DNA of 64,000 nucleotides, from positions 544,001 to 608,000 of the forward strand of contig OZ242220.1 in assembly GCA_965206745.1 (NCBI GenBank), in the 5' to 3' direction. This document shows, in pieces, positions 37,585-47,636 of this stretch. The DNA comes from Nitrosopumilus sp. (GTDB lineage Archaea; Thermoproteota; Nitrososphaeria; Nitrososphaerales; Nitrosopumilaceae). Each line of letters starts with the position of its first letter. The stretch's first letter is position 1. Under the pieces are notes generated by a model. The model worked only from the letters and a program-made list of their open reading frames with translations, had not been told where the DNA came from and did no database searches. A program made the translations under genes and the position numbers.

Positions 37585-38640
37585 ATGACGGATCTTTATC
37601 GATTACTTCCAGAAGAGATGGAACAGCTTGTATTGGATATGGGGTATCCACGATATCGGGCAGATCAGATCTTGCTTCCCCTATACTACAAATTTCCAAA
37701 AGATCTTGATGACATACCCCAACTTCCGAAAAAATTAAGAGAAGAATTGACTGCCGCAGGATACACCATCGGCTCTGCACAAGAAACCCATCGCGTCACA
37801 AGTGATGATGGGGATACGACAAAACTGCTGCTCAACCTTGATAACAGCAAATCTGTGGAATCTGTTCTGATGCAGTATGATCCATCCAAGATTGGAGGCC
37901 ATCCGCGTTCCACCATCTGTGTCTCTACCCAAATTGGATGTGCAATGGGATGCGTATTCTGTGCGACTGGACAGATGGGTTTTGAAACAAATCTGAGGGC
38001 AGAACATATCGTATCGCAGGTGATCCACTTTGCAGAAATACTGCAGCAGAGAGGCGAGCATGTGACAAATTTGGTTTTTATGGGCATGGGGGAACCGATG
38101 GCAAACTATGATGAGATGATTCGGGCAGTAAAGATCCTAACGCATGATAGGGGGTTTGGATTGGGTCAAAGGCACGTCACAATCTCCACTATTGGAATAA
38201 AGTCGGGAATTCAAAGACTTGCCGATGAAAATCTGCAGATAGGTCTGGCAATCTCCCTTCATGCTCCAAACAATGAATTGAGAAAAAAACTGGTTCCTAC
38301 TGCTGCTCCCAACTCAGTAGAGGAGATAATTGAGATGGGACACGATTATTTTAAAAAAACTGGACGCCGTGTGACATTCGAGTATGCACTGATGGCAGGA
38401 GTCAATGATTCTGCTCAGACTGCAACAGAACTGGCCGGACTCTTGCGCGGTAATGGCTCCCATGTGAACCTGATCCCGATTAATCCGACTGCCGGTGACT
38501 TTGAGCGCCCGTCTGAAAAAAGCATACTCGAGTTTGAGCAGATTTTATCCAAAGCCGGAGTAAACTGTACGATTCGAATAGAAAAGGGCACGGAGATCTC
38601 AGCGGCATGTGGCCAGCTCAGAACCGATCTTATCGGCTAA
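37585..38640 (+). CDS. rlmN: 23S rRNA m2A2503 methyltransferase RlmN (radical SAM)
   Basis: CVSTQIGCAMGCVFC, FMGMGEP, LAISLHA, ISAACGQL. Confidence 0.92.
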   Translation: MTDLYRLLPEEMEQLVLDMGYPRYRADQILLPLYYKFPKDLDDIPQLPKKLREELTAAGYTIGSAQETHRVTSDDGDTTKLLLNLDNSKSVESVLMQYDPSKIGGHPRSTICVSTQIGCAMGCVFCATGQMGFETNLRAEHIVSQVIHFAEILQQRGEHVTNLVFMGMGEPMANYDEMIRAVKILTHDRGFGLGQRHVTISTIGIKSGIQRLADENLQIGLAISLHAPNNELRKKLVPTAAPNSVEEIIEMGHDYFKKTGRRVTFEYALMAGVNDSAQTATELAGLLRGNGSHVNLIPINPTAGDFERPSEKSILEFEQILSKAGVNCTIRIEKGTEISAACGQLRTDLIG

Positions 38641-38695
38641 AACGTATCAAATGTGTACTAAGTCTTAAAATAGGGCTTTCAGGGATCTTACACTC

Positions 38696-38995
38696 ATGGC
38701 AACTAAGAAATCCCATGGTCGTTCACATGGGTTTAAGCATAAATCAAGATCTGTAATGAAGAAGAGGGCTCCCAGAGGAGTCTCGTTTCTGTTGCGTGAG
38801 TACCAGCAGGGTCAGCAGGCACTTGTCATCATTGATCCCAGACAGCACAAAGGACTGCCCCACAGACGGTACCATGGCAAGGTAGGTGTCATAACAAATG
38901 TCGGCAGGCGTGCCATTACCCTCGATGTAAAACTAGGCAACAAGTCAAAGACCTTAATCACTAGATTGGATCACATTAAACCGTTCGGTGTATGA
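38696..38995 (+). CDS. rpl21e: 50S ribosomal protein L21e
   Basis: HKGLPHRRYHGKVG. Confidence 0.95.
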   Translation: MATKKSHGRSHGFKHKSRSVMKKRAPRGVSFLLREYQQGQQALVIIDPRQHKGLPHRRYHGKVGVITNVGRRAITLDVKLGNKSKTLITRLDHIKPFGV

Positions 38996-38996
38996 T

Positions 38997-39323
38997 ATGG
39001 AAGAAGTAAAAAAGAAACAAGCCATCTCCCTTGCAGAGGTCAAAGAGATCCTAGGCAAGGTCGACGTTGAGGCCATGGATCAGATTCAGCGTTGGACATA
39101 TGACTATGTTTCAAAATTTGTATCAACTGAATCAAAGGACGCAAAGGACATGAAGAAAAAACTCATCAAGGAATGTGAGTTGACTGAAGACGAGGCAGTT
39201 GAAATCGTCAACATCAGGCCCACAAGCTTGGCCGAACTGCGTTCGTTCACATTTGGATGGAAAAAACTGATTCTTGCCGAGACTCTGGAAAAAATGCTCA
39301 GAATAATCAAGGAGCACTCTTAA
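38997..39323 (+). CDS. rpoF: RNA polymerase subunit Rpo4 (F)
   Basis: AVEIVNIRPTSLAELRS; conserved position after rpl21e. Confidence 0.9.
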   Translation: MEEVKKKQAISLAEVKEILGKVDVEAMDQIQRWTYDYVSKFVSTESKDAKDMKKKLIKECELTEDEAVEIVNIRPTSLAELRSFTFGWKKLILAETLEKMLRIIKEHS

Positions 39324-39341
39324 GTTTTCAGGTGCACTCTA

Positions 39342-39908
39342 TTGTATCGGGCACAATCCTCACCTAGAAAGTATGAGGAACACGCATATGTATTGGATTT
39401 TACTTCGAGTGCCAGATCATCTACTGTGAGGGGCAGGGATGGAATCATTGTCACTGCTATTGGCGAGGACAGGCTGACTCTGCTGGAAGTTCTCGGGGTT
39501 CCAAATTCCACATTTGAGATTGGTGAGAAGATCTACATTGGCAAGGAGGGGCGTACCAAGGTCCTATCTGTTCTGGGAAAGATGGACTATGATAAAATCT
39601 CATCATCTGCCCAAAACGAGCTAGATTCTGTGGTTGAAATCATTGTAACTGACAATGAGCAAAAGTTTGTCACATATCTGAATAATGCCCAGCCACTGAC
39701 CCCTAGGATACATGCCCTGGAACTAATCCCGGGAATTGGCAAGACCTACATGAAGTCCATGCTCGAGGAGATGGAGAGGAAAAAGTTTGAGAGCTATCAG
39801 GATTTGCAAGAACGTGTGGGACTCAAGGATCCAGTCAAGCACATCTCAGAGCGCATCATCGATGAGATTACAGGCAAAAGCAGGATGAATCTCTTTGTAA
39901 AGAGATGA
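39342..39908 (+). CDS. DUF655 RNA-binding protein
   Basis: YEEHAYVLD, TLLE, RIHALELIPGIGK. Confidence 0.9.
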   Translation: MYRAQSSPRKYEEHAYVLDFTSSARSSTVRGRDGIIVTAIGEDRLTLLEVLGVPNSTFEIGEKIYIGKEGRTKVLSVLGKMDYDKISSSAQNELDSVVEIIVTDNEQKFVTYLNNAQPLTPRIHALELIPGIGKTYMKSMLEEMERKKFESYQDLQERVGLKDPVKHISERIIDEITGKSRMNLFVKR

Positions 39909-40609
39909 TAAAACGAAGACGCCTCGGACAGCACTTTCTGACATCTGCTAGTATAGCAGAATCCATAGTCTCTGAGGCCAAAATTACCAAAAATGACACC
40001 GTCTTTGAGGTTGGGACAGGTCGCGGTATATTGACGCCCCTTTTGTGCCAAAGGGCTGCCAGGGTGATATCAGTTGATCTAGATGAGCAGCTAATCAGAG
40101 ATGCCAGATCCCGATTCTCTGATGTGGATAATCTCACCCTAAAGTCCGGTGACGGCTTGAAGAGTAAGGACACTTTTAGCATCTTTGTCTCCAATCTGCC
40201 GTATTCTAGGAGCAAGGATGCAATTGAATGGCTTGCACAAACCCCCTTCTCCCACGGTATCATAATGGTTCAAAAGGAGTTTGCCGAAAAATTACTGGCA
40301 AGTTCCTCCAAGCAGAGAAAGGCAGTAAGCGTCATTGCCGCATCCGCATTTGAAATGACAATCTCATCTCAGGTGGGCAGGAATAACTTTTCTCCGCGGC
40401 CAAAGATTGACTCTGTGGTACTGAAAATAACTCAAAAAAACAGGCTGTCCCGGGAACTTGTACAGACAATCAACAGGATATTCTCATATCGGAGAAAGAC
40501 TGTCAAAAATATTCTAAAACAGTTCGATAAGGAATCCGATGTGGATAAGCGAATAGATGATCTCACAGTCAGGGAGATAGTTGATCTTGCAGGCAAAATC
40601 CTTCAATGA
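39905..40609 (+). CDS. ksgA: 16S rRNA dimethyladenosine transferase
   Basis: LGQHFL, EVGTGRG, SNLPY, F.PRPKIDS. Confidence 0.94.
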   Translation: MIKRRRLGQHFLTSASIAESIVSEAKITKNDTVFEVGTGRGILTPLLCQRAARVISVDLDEQLIRDARSRFSDVDNLTLKSGDGLKSKDTFSIFVSNLPYSRSKDAIEWLAQTPFSHGIIMVQKEFAEKLLASSSKQRKAVSVIAASAFEMTISSQVGRNNFSPRPKIDSVVLKITQKNRLSRELVQTINRIFSYRRKTVKNILKQFDKESDVDKRIDDLTVREIVDLAGKILQ

Positions 40610-41117
40610 TGAGTATCCTCCGTCTGAGGATACTTTTTTTATTGCAAACAACATTGAGGACCAAAGGGGGGACTGTGCGCTAGATGTCGGAAGCGGTTCG
40701 GGCTATCTTACAAAGCTGCTCTGTGAGAATTTCTCACTTGTAGTGGGCACTGATGTCAACTTTGACGTGCTTAAAAACCAGACCTACAAGACAGAAAATC
40801 TGGTCTGCTGCAACGGTTCAGATGCACTGGGAATAAAGTTTGACTTTATCGTGTGCAACCTGCCCTATCTTGCAACTGATCAAATTCTGGATGTTGCAAC
40901 TGATGGGGGCAGAGACGGGTTTGAAGTTCCAAAAAGAATACTTGACTCTGTAGTTGTTAACATGGCTAAAAACGGAAAGTTTGTCTTTGTCACATCCTCA
41001 CTGTCTGACTATTCAAAATTGATTCGCTATGCGCAAAAACTGGGCCTGAAAACCAGGATAATGGCAAGAAAGAAACTCTTCTTTGAGGAGCTCATTCTAG
41101 TTGAGACCATATTCTGA
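40581..41117 (+). CDS. HemK2/Mtq2 family methyltransferase
   Basis: YPPSEDT, LDVGSGSG, NLPY, DGGRDG, FFEEL. Confidence 0.9.
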   Translation: MILQAKSFNDEYPPSEDTFFIANNIEDQRGDCALDVGSGSGYLTKLLCENFSLVVGTDVNFDVLKNQTYKTENLVCCNGSDALGIKFDFIVCNLPYLATDQILDVATDGGRDGFEVPKRILDSVVVNMAKNGKFVFVTSSLSDYSKLIRYAQKLGLKTRIMARKKLFFEELILVETIF

Positions 41118-42149
41118 TCATCTTCTCAGATTCTCCTTTGCATATGTGATGATGGAATCAGTCATCTGTGTAGTTGATGCACTGCCGCCGATATCCCATG
41201 TGACTGTCTTGCCTTGATTAATCACTTTGTCAGTTGCATCAAATATTGCGTCTCTGATCTGCCTCTCGCCAAGATAGTCTGCCATCCACGCACCAGAGAG
41301 TACGGTTGCAGTCGGATTTACCTTGTTCTGTCCTGCAAATTGCGGGGCGCTTCCGTGCGCTGCCTCAAACATTGCGTAACTCTCCCCAATGTTTGCAGAA
41401 TAAATCAGTCCTATCGAGCCTACAAGTGCTGATGCCAGCTCTGAAATAATATCCATAAACAAGTTGGTACTGACTAGTACCGAACCGTTAAACTGCTCAG
41501 TTGCAATTACCATCTGCTGTGCCATGTTGTCTATGTAAATCTCAGAGAGCTCAATCCCGGTTCCATTGACTGCCTTTTGTGCCTCCTCCCAGAATATCCC
41601 GTCAGTCTGTTTTAGGATGTTTCTTTTTGTGATTGCGACCATCTTTTTCATGTCAAACTTGTCTGCCCAGTCAACTGCCGAATCAATTAACCGCCTGCTT
41701 CCATGCCTTGTAATTTTACGAATTGCTATTGCCGCATCATCTGTGATTTTGGCCTCCACTCCCGTATAGAGTCCCTCTGTTGCCTCCCTAAAGCAGACGC
41801 AGTCAAGTTTCCTGTCAGGCGTCAGCCTGTCATAGGTTTTAGTCGGTCTGATGTTTGCATAAAGATCAAATTTCTGTCTCAGTGTGACTGCGACACTTTT
41901 GGGTGCGCCTGGGACCGGTATTGTGGTAGTCGGACCCTTAAAGCAGCAGTCTGACTCTTTTAAAATTTCCATGGTTGCATCAGGTATGTATGATGAATCC
42001 CTTCTGCCGTTCTTCTCCCACTGCTCTGATCCTACCTCGCAGAGAACCAGCTCTGATTGCAAGTTACATTCCTTTAGGAGTCGTAACATTGAATCGACAA
42101 CTTCAGGCCCAATGCCATCCCCCCTCATCACGGCAGCTTTTTTACTCAA
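41118..42149 (-). CDS. Isocitrate/isopropylmalate dehydrogenase family enzyme
   Basis: GDGIGPEV, DLYANIRP, FEAAHGSAP, NPTA. Confidence 0.93.
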   Translation of the reverse strand: MSKKAAVMRGDGIGPEVVDSMLRLLKECNLQSELVLCEVGSEQWEKNGRRDSSYIPDATMEILKESDCCFKGPTTTIPVPGAPKSVAVTLRQKFDLYANIRPTKTYDRLTPDRKLDCVCFREATEGLYTGVEAKITDDAAIAIRKITRHGSRRLIDSAVDWADKFDMKKMVAITKRNILKQTDGIFWEEAQKAVNGTGIELSEIYIDNMAQQMVIATEQFNGSVLVSTNLFMDIISELASALVGSIGLIYSANIGESYAMFEAAHGSAPQFAGQNKVNPTATVLSGAWMADYLGERQIRDAIFDATDKVINQGKTVTWDIGGSASTTQMTDSIITYAKENLRR

Positions 42150-42263
42150 AACTGCAAGATTTTGAGGCGTTTATTATTTAATCCTACCTTGCATGCCTTC
42201 CAACGTTTATCATGTTCCTTCCATGGAGATGGTTTAATACCCTATATCGCAGAATGTATCCAA

Positions 42264-43010
42264 ATGCAGATCGTCCAAATCTCTGACTTGCATGTGGGCT
42301 CTCAGTTTCTGCAAGAAAAGTTTGATATTCTGGTAGACGAGGTAAACAGCCTGCATCCTGATGTCATCATAATAACAGGTGATCTCACTAATGAGGGACT
42401 GATGCAAGAGTATGAAGAGTGCAAGTCCCTCCTAGAGAAATTTGAGACAAGGAAAATTATCACCATAAGTGGAAACCATGACTATAGGAATACGGGATAT
42501 CTCTTGTTTAAGAGATACTTTCCTTTTGAGACTGTAAACGAACTAAGTGATGATGTTGTCCTAGTTACAGTTGGAACTGCAAGACCAGATAGGAACGAGG
42601 GCGAGGTCGGATACAGGCAAAATTTGTGGTTGGAGAGGACCATGAAAAAATACAAAGACAGGGTAAAGATTGTTGCAATGCATCACCATCTGATTGCAAT
42701 CCCTGATACTGGTTCGGACCAGCTCACAGTAGTTGATGCCGGTGACGTACTGCGGACTGTACTTGATTCCAAAGTCGACATAGTGCTGTGCGGGCACAAG
42801 CATAGGCCGTGGGCATGGAATTTTGGCGCACTAACTGTAGTCAATGCCGGGACTGCCACATCTGAGAGGGTCCGTGGATTCTTTGAAAATACCTACAACA
42901 TCCTCACCATAACTGACAAAACAGTAAAAGTTGATCTCAAGATTGTAGGCGGAAAACGGCGCCCCATCGATGAGATCGTGGATAATTATAGTCAGTTCGG
43001 CGACGAGTGA
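42264..43010 (+). CDS. Calcineurin-like metallophosphoesterase
   Basis: SDLH, TGDL, GNHD, MHHH, GHKH. Confidence 0.92.
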   Translation: MQIVQISDLHVGSQFLQEKFDILVDEVNSLHPDVIIITGDLTNEGLMQEYEECKSLLEKFETRKIITISGNHDYRNTGYLLFKRYFPFETVNELSDDVVLVTVGTARPDRNEGEVGYRQNLWLERTMKKYKDRVKIVAMHHHLIAIPDTGSDQLTVVDAGDVLRTVLDSKVDIVLCGHKHRPWAWNFGALTVVNAGTATSERVRGFFENTYNILTITDKTVKVDLKIVGGKRRPIDEIVDNYSQFGDE

Positions 43011-43043
43011 ATTTATTTACAGATGCCTTTTAGGATTCTTTAT

Positions 43044-43127
43044 GCGGGGATCGCCTAGCCTGGTAGGGCGTAGGATTGCTAATCCTATGTCCGCAAGGAC
43101 ACGGGGGTTCAAATCCCCCTCCCCGCG
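43044..43127 (+). tRNA. tRNA-Ser(GCT)
   Basis: Acceptor stem GCGGGGA/TCCCCGC, anticodon arm TAGGA-TT-GCT-AA-TCCTA, long variable arm GTCC-GCAA-GGAC, T-loop TTCAAAT. Confidence 0.97.
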
Positions 43128-43228
43128 CCTTATTGTTTTATCAGTGGGTAGGATTTACGGCTTGATGGGGGATGGAATGTTGGGTCATTGCCATTAAAAC
43201 TTAATAAGCTGATTTGAGATGTTTTTGC

Positions 43229-43390
43229 ATGGGACGAAGAAAATCACAAAAGATTATCCGTAGTGGTCCGAAAAATGCAACCACCGGCATGTGTCCTATA
43301 TGTAAAACAATTGGCAAGATCTTCATCCTCGGCTCACCTGGTGAGGAAAGGGCCAAATGCGAGAAATGTCGCCAGGAATTTGAATTATAG
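43229..43390 (+). CDS. 53-aa Zn-ribbon protein (Elf1-like architecture), missing from ORF track
   Basis: MGRRKSQKIIRSGPKNATTGMCPICK...RAKCEKCRQEFEL. Confidence 0.75.
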   Translation: MGRRKSQKIIRSGPKNATTGMCPICKTIGKIFILGSPGEERAKCEKCRQEFEL

Positions 43391-43463
43391 TTCAAAAAGC
43401 TAACCAGTCCATCAAAATATTTACCCATAACTTTTTAAGACAATTTTTTGCTGATAAATAATT

Positions 43464-43634
43464 ATGAGTTCAGAGGCTGAAACCATCTATGAGAGAGTTG
43501 CCAAACTCGAAGACGAAATCGCACTGCTTAGAAGCGAAGTTGATATTCTCAAGCAGGCGCTGCGAAACAAGATTGCCCGCCATGAAATTTCAATGATCAA
43601 GAAAGGATCTGATGTAGACTCTATCATTGATTAA
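43464..43634 (+). CDS. 56-aa coiled-coil protein, missing from ORF track
   Basis: MSSEAETIYERVAKLEDEIALLRSEVDILKQALRNKIARHEISMIKKGSDVDSIID; TATA-like TTTTTAAG upstream. Confidence 0.75.
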   Translation: MSSEAETIYERVAKLEDEIALLRSEVDILKQALRNKIARHEISMIKKGSDVDSIID

Positions 43635-44449
43635 TTTTTTGTGTTTATTTTTCTAATCAATTCCAAGACAGAATCCACGTCTTCTGCATTTGGGTTTATC
43701 TCCAGATATTTGTTCAGATACTTTAAAGCGACCTGTGAATTCTGCAGTCTCTCCTCCAAAATCCCCTTGTCCCTGATATCTTCTGGTGATTCCGGGTCTG
43801 TGGCCAGTACCATGTTTACACATCGCAGTGCCTTTTCATACACAAACGATTGCACGTAGGAATTTTTCAAGTTCCTTGCAAGCCTTACAAGTATCTGTCC
43901 CGGTTCTATCTCGTCGAGAAACTCTGGCTTGAACTCCATGTGTCCCCCGTAATTGACATCAAGAATGTCTTGCAAGTCATCGACACCTACTAGTCGCCCG
44001 TCATAAAACGGGTCCAGGATCATCTCCTCATTGTATTTGACCAGTATGTGGCTGGGAAACCCCACAATCTTTAGATCCAACCCCACAAACTTTGCAATCT
44101 CTGCATATAATATTGAGATGGTGATGGGGAGTCCTGTTTTTTTATCTATTACTTCATTTAGAAAGTTATTCTTTGGATCATAATAGTCATCATCATCACC
44201 GCTGAAACCCAGATTCTCAAAGAGATGCTCGTTTAGCATGGAGATCAGGTATGTAGGATTCTTGACATCGCTGATTGACTCTTTGAGGGACTTTCCAATG
44301 TGGCCTATTTTTTGAATGTATTTCTCCACGTCAAGATCCGGATATTCAAGAATCTGTGCAAACTTGAGACATTTTTCAATCAGGTTGAAGCTTGGATTGT
44401 TTACAAATGCAAGCCACTCTGCAACTAGGGGATCGAATTTTTCTTCCAA
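43631..44449 (-). CDS. SirB1/transglutaminase-like core plus TPR protein
   Basis: YYDPKNNFLNEVI...GLPITISILY...GFPSHILV...DPF; C-terminal TPR. Confidence 0.88.
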   Translation of the reverse strand: MEEKFDPLVAEWLAFVNNPSFNLIEKCLKFAQILEYPDLDVEKYIQKIGHIGKSLKESISDVKNPTYLISMLNEHLFENLGFSGDDDDYYDPKNNFLNEVIDKKTGLPITISILYAEIAKFVGLDLKIVGFPSHILVKYNEEMILDPFYDGRLVGVDDLQDILDVNYGGHMEFKPEFLDEIEPGQILVRLARNLKNSYVQSFVYEKALRCVNMVLATDPESPEDIRDKGILEERLQNSQVALKYLNKYLEINPNAEDVDSVLELIRKINTKN

Positions 44450-44452
44450 TTG

Positions 44453-45649
44453 TCACAAACTCAGTTTCTTTAGGTACAGTTGGGGATCCTTGAGCTCCTT
44501 GGTGTTTGGCGGGACATCTATCATCTTTCTGAAGGTGTCCCTGCCTAATTTTTCATACACTGTCTTTGTAAAGTCCTTGCCCATGCTCTTTCTAACCTGA
44601 TATGATGAAAAATCAGTTCCCATAAACGTTGTAAGATAGTTCTGGAAATCCTGGTCGTCCTTTAGGATGCCCTCAATTGCAAATGCTGCCATTCCCTCCA
44701 TTGCCGTAAATGCGGCATGATGCTGCTGTATCGGGACTAGCCATCTCTTGTAAATTTCCAGCAGTTCTGGAATCGACTCCCCGATCTTTGGATCAATCTC
44801 CACATGCGTAAAGGTCATCACATCTGGCCCTATCTGCTCAATCAGGAAGTGATCTGGATTCAAAAAGAAGAACAGGTTGGCTTTTTTTGCAAATGGGAAA
44901 TTCTCTGGCACTGCCTGTAACTGGCAATACTCTGACAGCCTGTTAATTGTCGTGGCATCAAGTGACAAGATGATCCTTGCCAATTCCTCGTTGATTCTGT
45001 TTACCTCCATTGCAGCCGTTTTGTTGACCTGCTGGAGGTTCTCCTGTACTGAATGAATCAGTTCTTCGAGGACCGTCATTTTTACGGCGCCACGGTACCC
45101 CGAGTTGACATTTTCAAACCTTGCTTCATACGGCTGTCCCTGCTTGTGTAGGATTATCTGCGGATATCTTGACAAAATGAACTTGTTCAGGTAAATCTCC
45201 GAGTCCAGATAATCCCCGTACGTTGTTGTAATTTTTGAGATATACTGGATTGCATATGTAGAGTATACCAGATATTTTGCGGTATCTTGCTGCATCAGCT
45301 CTGCAATCTTTTTCAGATCCTCCTTTGCAACTGCGGCAAATAGTTTTGAGACAAACTCCTTTGACTCTTTGTCTGCAAATACCTTGTCCCCTTTGATTCT
45401 TTTCAATTCTTGCAGCTCTGGAAATTTTAGTGCAATGTCTTCTTGGACCCTGATTCCCAAGAACTCTTCGACCTTCTTCTTAAAGTCTGGCAGTATCTCT
45501 GTGGCAATCTCGTCTAACTCTTTGAATCGTACCTTCCCTGCGATGTCATCTCTGGCTCTGAGTGCCAGTTCTGTGATCTCCTTCTCCTCGTTGATCTCGA
45601 CTGATAACTGTCCAAACAGAGCTTCTGCAAATTCCTGAAATTCCCCCAA
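44453..45649 (-). CDS. Conserved hypothetical protein, zincin-like
   Basis: 398-aa ORF; EELIH and MEGMA motifs. Confidence 0.8.
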   Translation of the reverse strand: MGEFQEFAEALFGQLSVEINEEKEITELALRARDDIAGKVRFKELDEIATEILPDFKKKVEEFLGIRVQEDIALKFPELQELKRIKGDKVFADKESKEFVSKLFAAVAKEDLKKIAELMQQDTAKYLVYSTYAIQYISKITTTYGDYLDSEIYLNKFILSRYPQIILHKQGQPYEARFENVNSGYRGAVKMTVLEELIHSVQENLQQVNKTAAMEVNRINEELARIILSLDATTINRLSEYCQLQAVPENFPFAKKANLFFFLNPDHFLIEQIGPDVMTFTHVEIDPKIGESIPELLEIYKRWLVPIQQHHAAFTAMEGMAAFAIEGILKDDQDFQNYLTTFMGTDFSSYQVRKSMGKDFTKTVYEKLGRDTFRKMIDVPPNTKELKDPQLYLKKLSL

Positions 45650-45747
45650 TTCGTATAAAATTCCAAAATACTCAATTTAAGATTATCTTGATCTTTGGCA
45701 TTAGAGAAATTATTAGTTCAAAAATCATCGGTTCATTATCCAAACAT

Positions 45748-46045
45748 CTTAGAGTCTGGTCTTGAATTTTTAAGGGTGCCAGATGCAGTTCGGAATTGGA
45801 ACTTTACTCATTTTGGTGCGACAGGGAGATAGTTGAGGGGATCCCAGAGTGCAAAAGATGTAATCAACAATACCCCATCATTGAAAAGATTCCCATTCTG
45901 TGGGATGATTTCCCCCTTACCTCTCATCTCGCCGAAAACTGGGCGGCAAATTCTGCCATCTATACGCATACCTTGGAATTTAAAACTTGATTGGCCTGCG
46001 ACCTTGAACTATTCAGTAGACTTTATAATTGCCAGAAAACAGACT
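45748..46045 (+). pseudogene. Remnant of a Trm112-like/SAM methyltransferase gene
   Basis: Frameshifted fragments LEFLR/ARCSSELEL...EG..ECKRCNQQYPIIEKIPILWDDF/YLSSRRKLGGK joined to IPWNLKL...LNYSVDFIIARKQ. Confidence 0.65.
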
Positions 46046-46357
46046 TCCTTGACTGTGGAACTTTGAGTCATGAGTTGGTATTGCCAGGTGACTGCATCAT
46101 CTGCATGAACTGCACTCGAATCCCTTTTTGGACTGGTGAGCTTTTTCCATGTGGCGTATTGTCCTTTGCGAGTCTGAAAATTCCATGTCGCATTTTGGGC
46201 AGACTGTGCCTACAATGATCTCCTTCTTACGTGAAAACAGGCCCATTTGCATTTTGGCATTTATTTGGACATAAAACTCTTTATCAGCTTTGCATGATAA
46301 ATGAATCCCCGATACAAAAGAATAAACATGAAATACTAAGAGTGCTTTTAATTAAAC

Positions 46358-46663
46358 ATGGTTGTAATCCTTATCATTCCGCTTCTCATTGTCGCAGTTA
46401 TCGGGTTGTCTGCCTATCTTGCTTATCGATTTATAATTTATGACTTGTATTGCAAAAGATCCATCAACAAGTCCCTTGAAAAGTACAATATTCAAAAGAC
46501 TCCCTCCCAAATCATCCGAGAATACTATGAGCACAAGGGGGAGGAGATTTCACGTGATGAGATTCAAAATCTTGAAAAAACCTACCGACAAAATGAGCCT
46601 GAACAATTCCTTGCAATGTATGATGTAATCAGGGACCACCAAAAAAACAAGGAAAACGACTAG
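46358..46663 (+). CDS. Small membrane-anchored hypothetical protein
   Basis: N-terminal transmembrane helix, 101 aa. Confidence 0.78.
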   Translation: MVVILIIPLLIVAVIGLSAYLAYRFIIYDLYCKRSINKSLEKYNIQKTPSQIIREYYEHKGEEISRDEIQNLEKTYRQNEPEQFLAMYDVIRDHQKNKEND

Positions 46664-46678
46664 ATATCTTTTGTATTA

Positions 46679-47542
46679 CTAGGGCTTTATTGGGATTTGA
46701 ATAAATGGTGTTCCGCCTTCACCGACTACAAGTGGCAGCTTGCCATCCCATGCCTGTGTCTTTAGCCATTCCAAATAGTTTGGATTTTCAGCCAGTGCGT
46801 TGTTGATGATTGCAATTGCCTCTGCCTCACCTTTTGCTTCTGCAATGTTTGCATTTCCGATACCGATTGACTGTGCTTCCTTTTGTCTTGCCTCGACCTC
46901 AATTCGTCTCAGGTCATTTTCAGCCTTTAGTGCCTTTTGCTCTGCTTCCACCTTGGATTCGATTGCTTGAGCAAACAGTGCGGAAAATTCAAAATCTGTA
47001 ATTGAGATTACATCTGTTACGACATCAAACTGGTTTAGCCTCTCTCTAATTGATGCCTCGATGTCTGCCTTTACCAGGGGTCTTTTTGTGATCAACTCCT
47101 CGGCATTATAATTTGCAGTTACTTGTTTTACCGTCTCCTCGATTGCCGGCTGAATCACCCTGCTCTCGTACTCTAGACCGAGATTCTTGTATAACCTGTG
47201 CACTCCTTCCTTGTCTGGATGGTAATTGACTGTAACTGTGGTCTCTACTGTCTGCAAATCCTTTGATGCACTTCTGGCCTCACTTGCATACTTTAGGGTA
47301 CGAACTTCAATGTTGACTACGTCATCCTGAAATGGTACCACAAAGTGTAATCCCTCATCTAGTGGAGGATTGGAAAGATCAACTGCGTCCCAGTGTAGCA
47401 GAACCCCTCTATGGCCTGCATCCACTATCTTTACTGAGGCAGTTGCGATCCCTCCAATTATAATAAGAACGATGATTCCAATTATGATCCCTTTTGCCGC
47501 ATTCATGTTTACATTAGCTTTGGGAGATTGGTATTTTGACAA
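46679..47542 (-). CDS. Prohibitin/SPFH (band 7) family protein
   Basis: EGLHFVVP, SKDLQ, AEELIT.R, AIESKVEAEQ, WDGKLP. Confidence 0.93.
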   Translation of the reverse strand: MSKYQSPKANVNMNAAKGIIIGIIVLIIIGGIATASVKIVDAGHRGVLLHWDAVDLSNPPLDEGLHFVVPFQDDVVNIEVRTLKYASEARSASKDLQTVETTVTVNYHPDKEGVHRLYKNLGLEYESRVIQPAIEETVKQVTANYNAEELITKRPLVKADIEASIRERLNQFDVVTDVISITDFEFSALFAQAIESKVEAEQKALKAENDLRRIEVEARQKEAQSIGIGNANIAEAKGEAEAIAIINNALAENPNYLEWLKTQAWDGKLPLVVGEGGTPFIQIPIKP

Positions 47543-47636
47543 TGATTACCGTGTATTTTCTCTATTATTATATCAAACTAATGCCCTTTTTGGTTCATAC
47601 TTAACAAATTTATGCTATCTAAACTCCTAAAAATTA

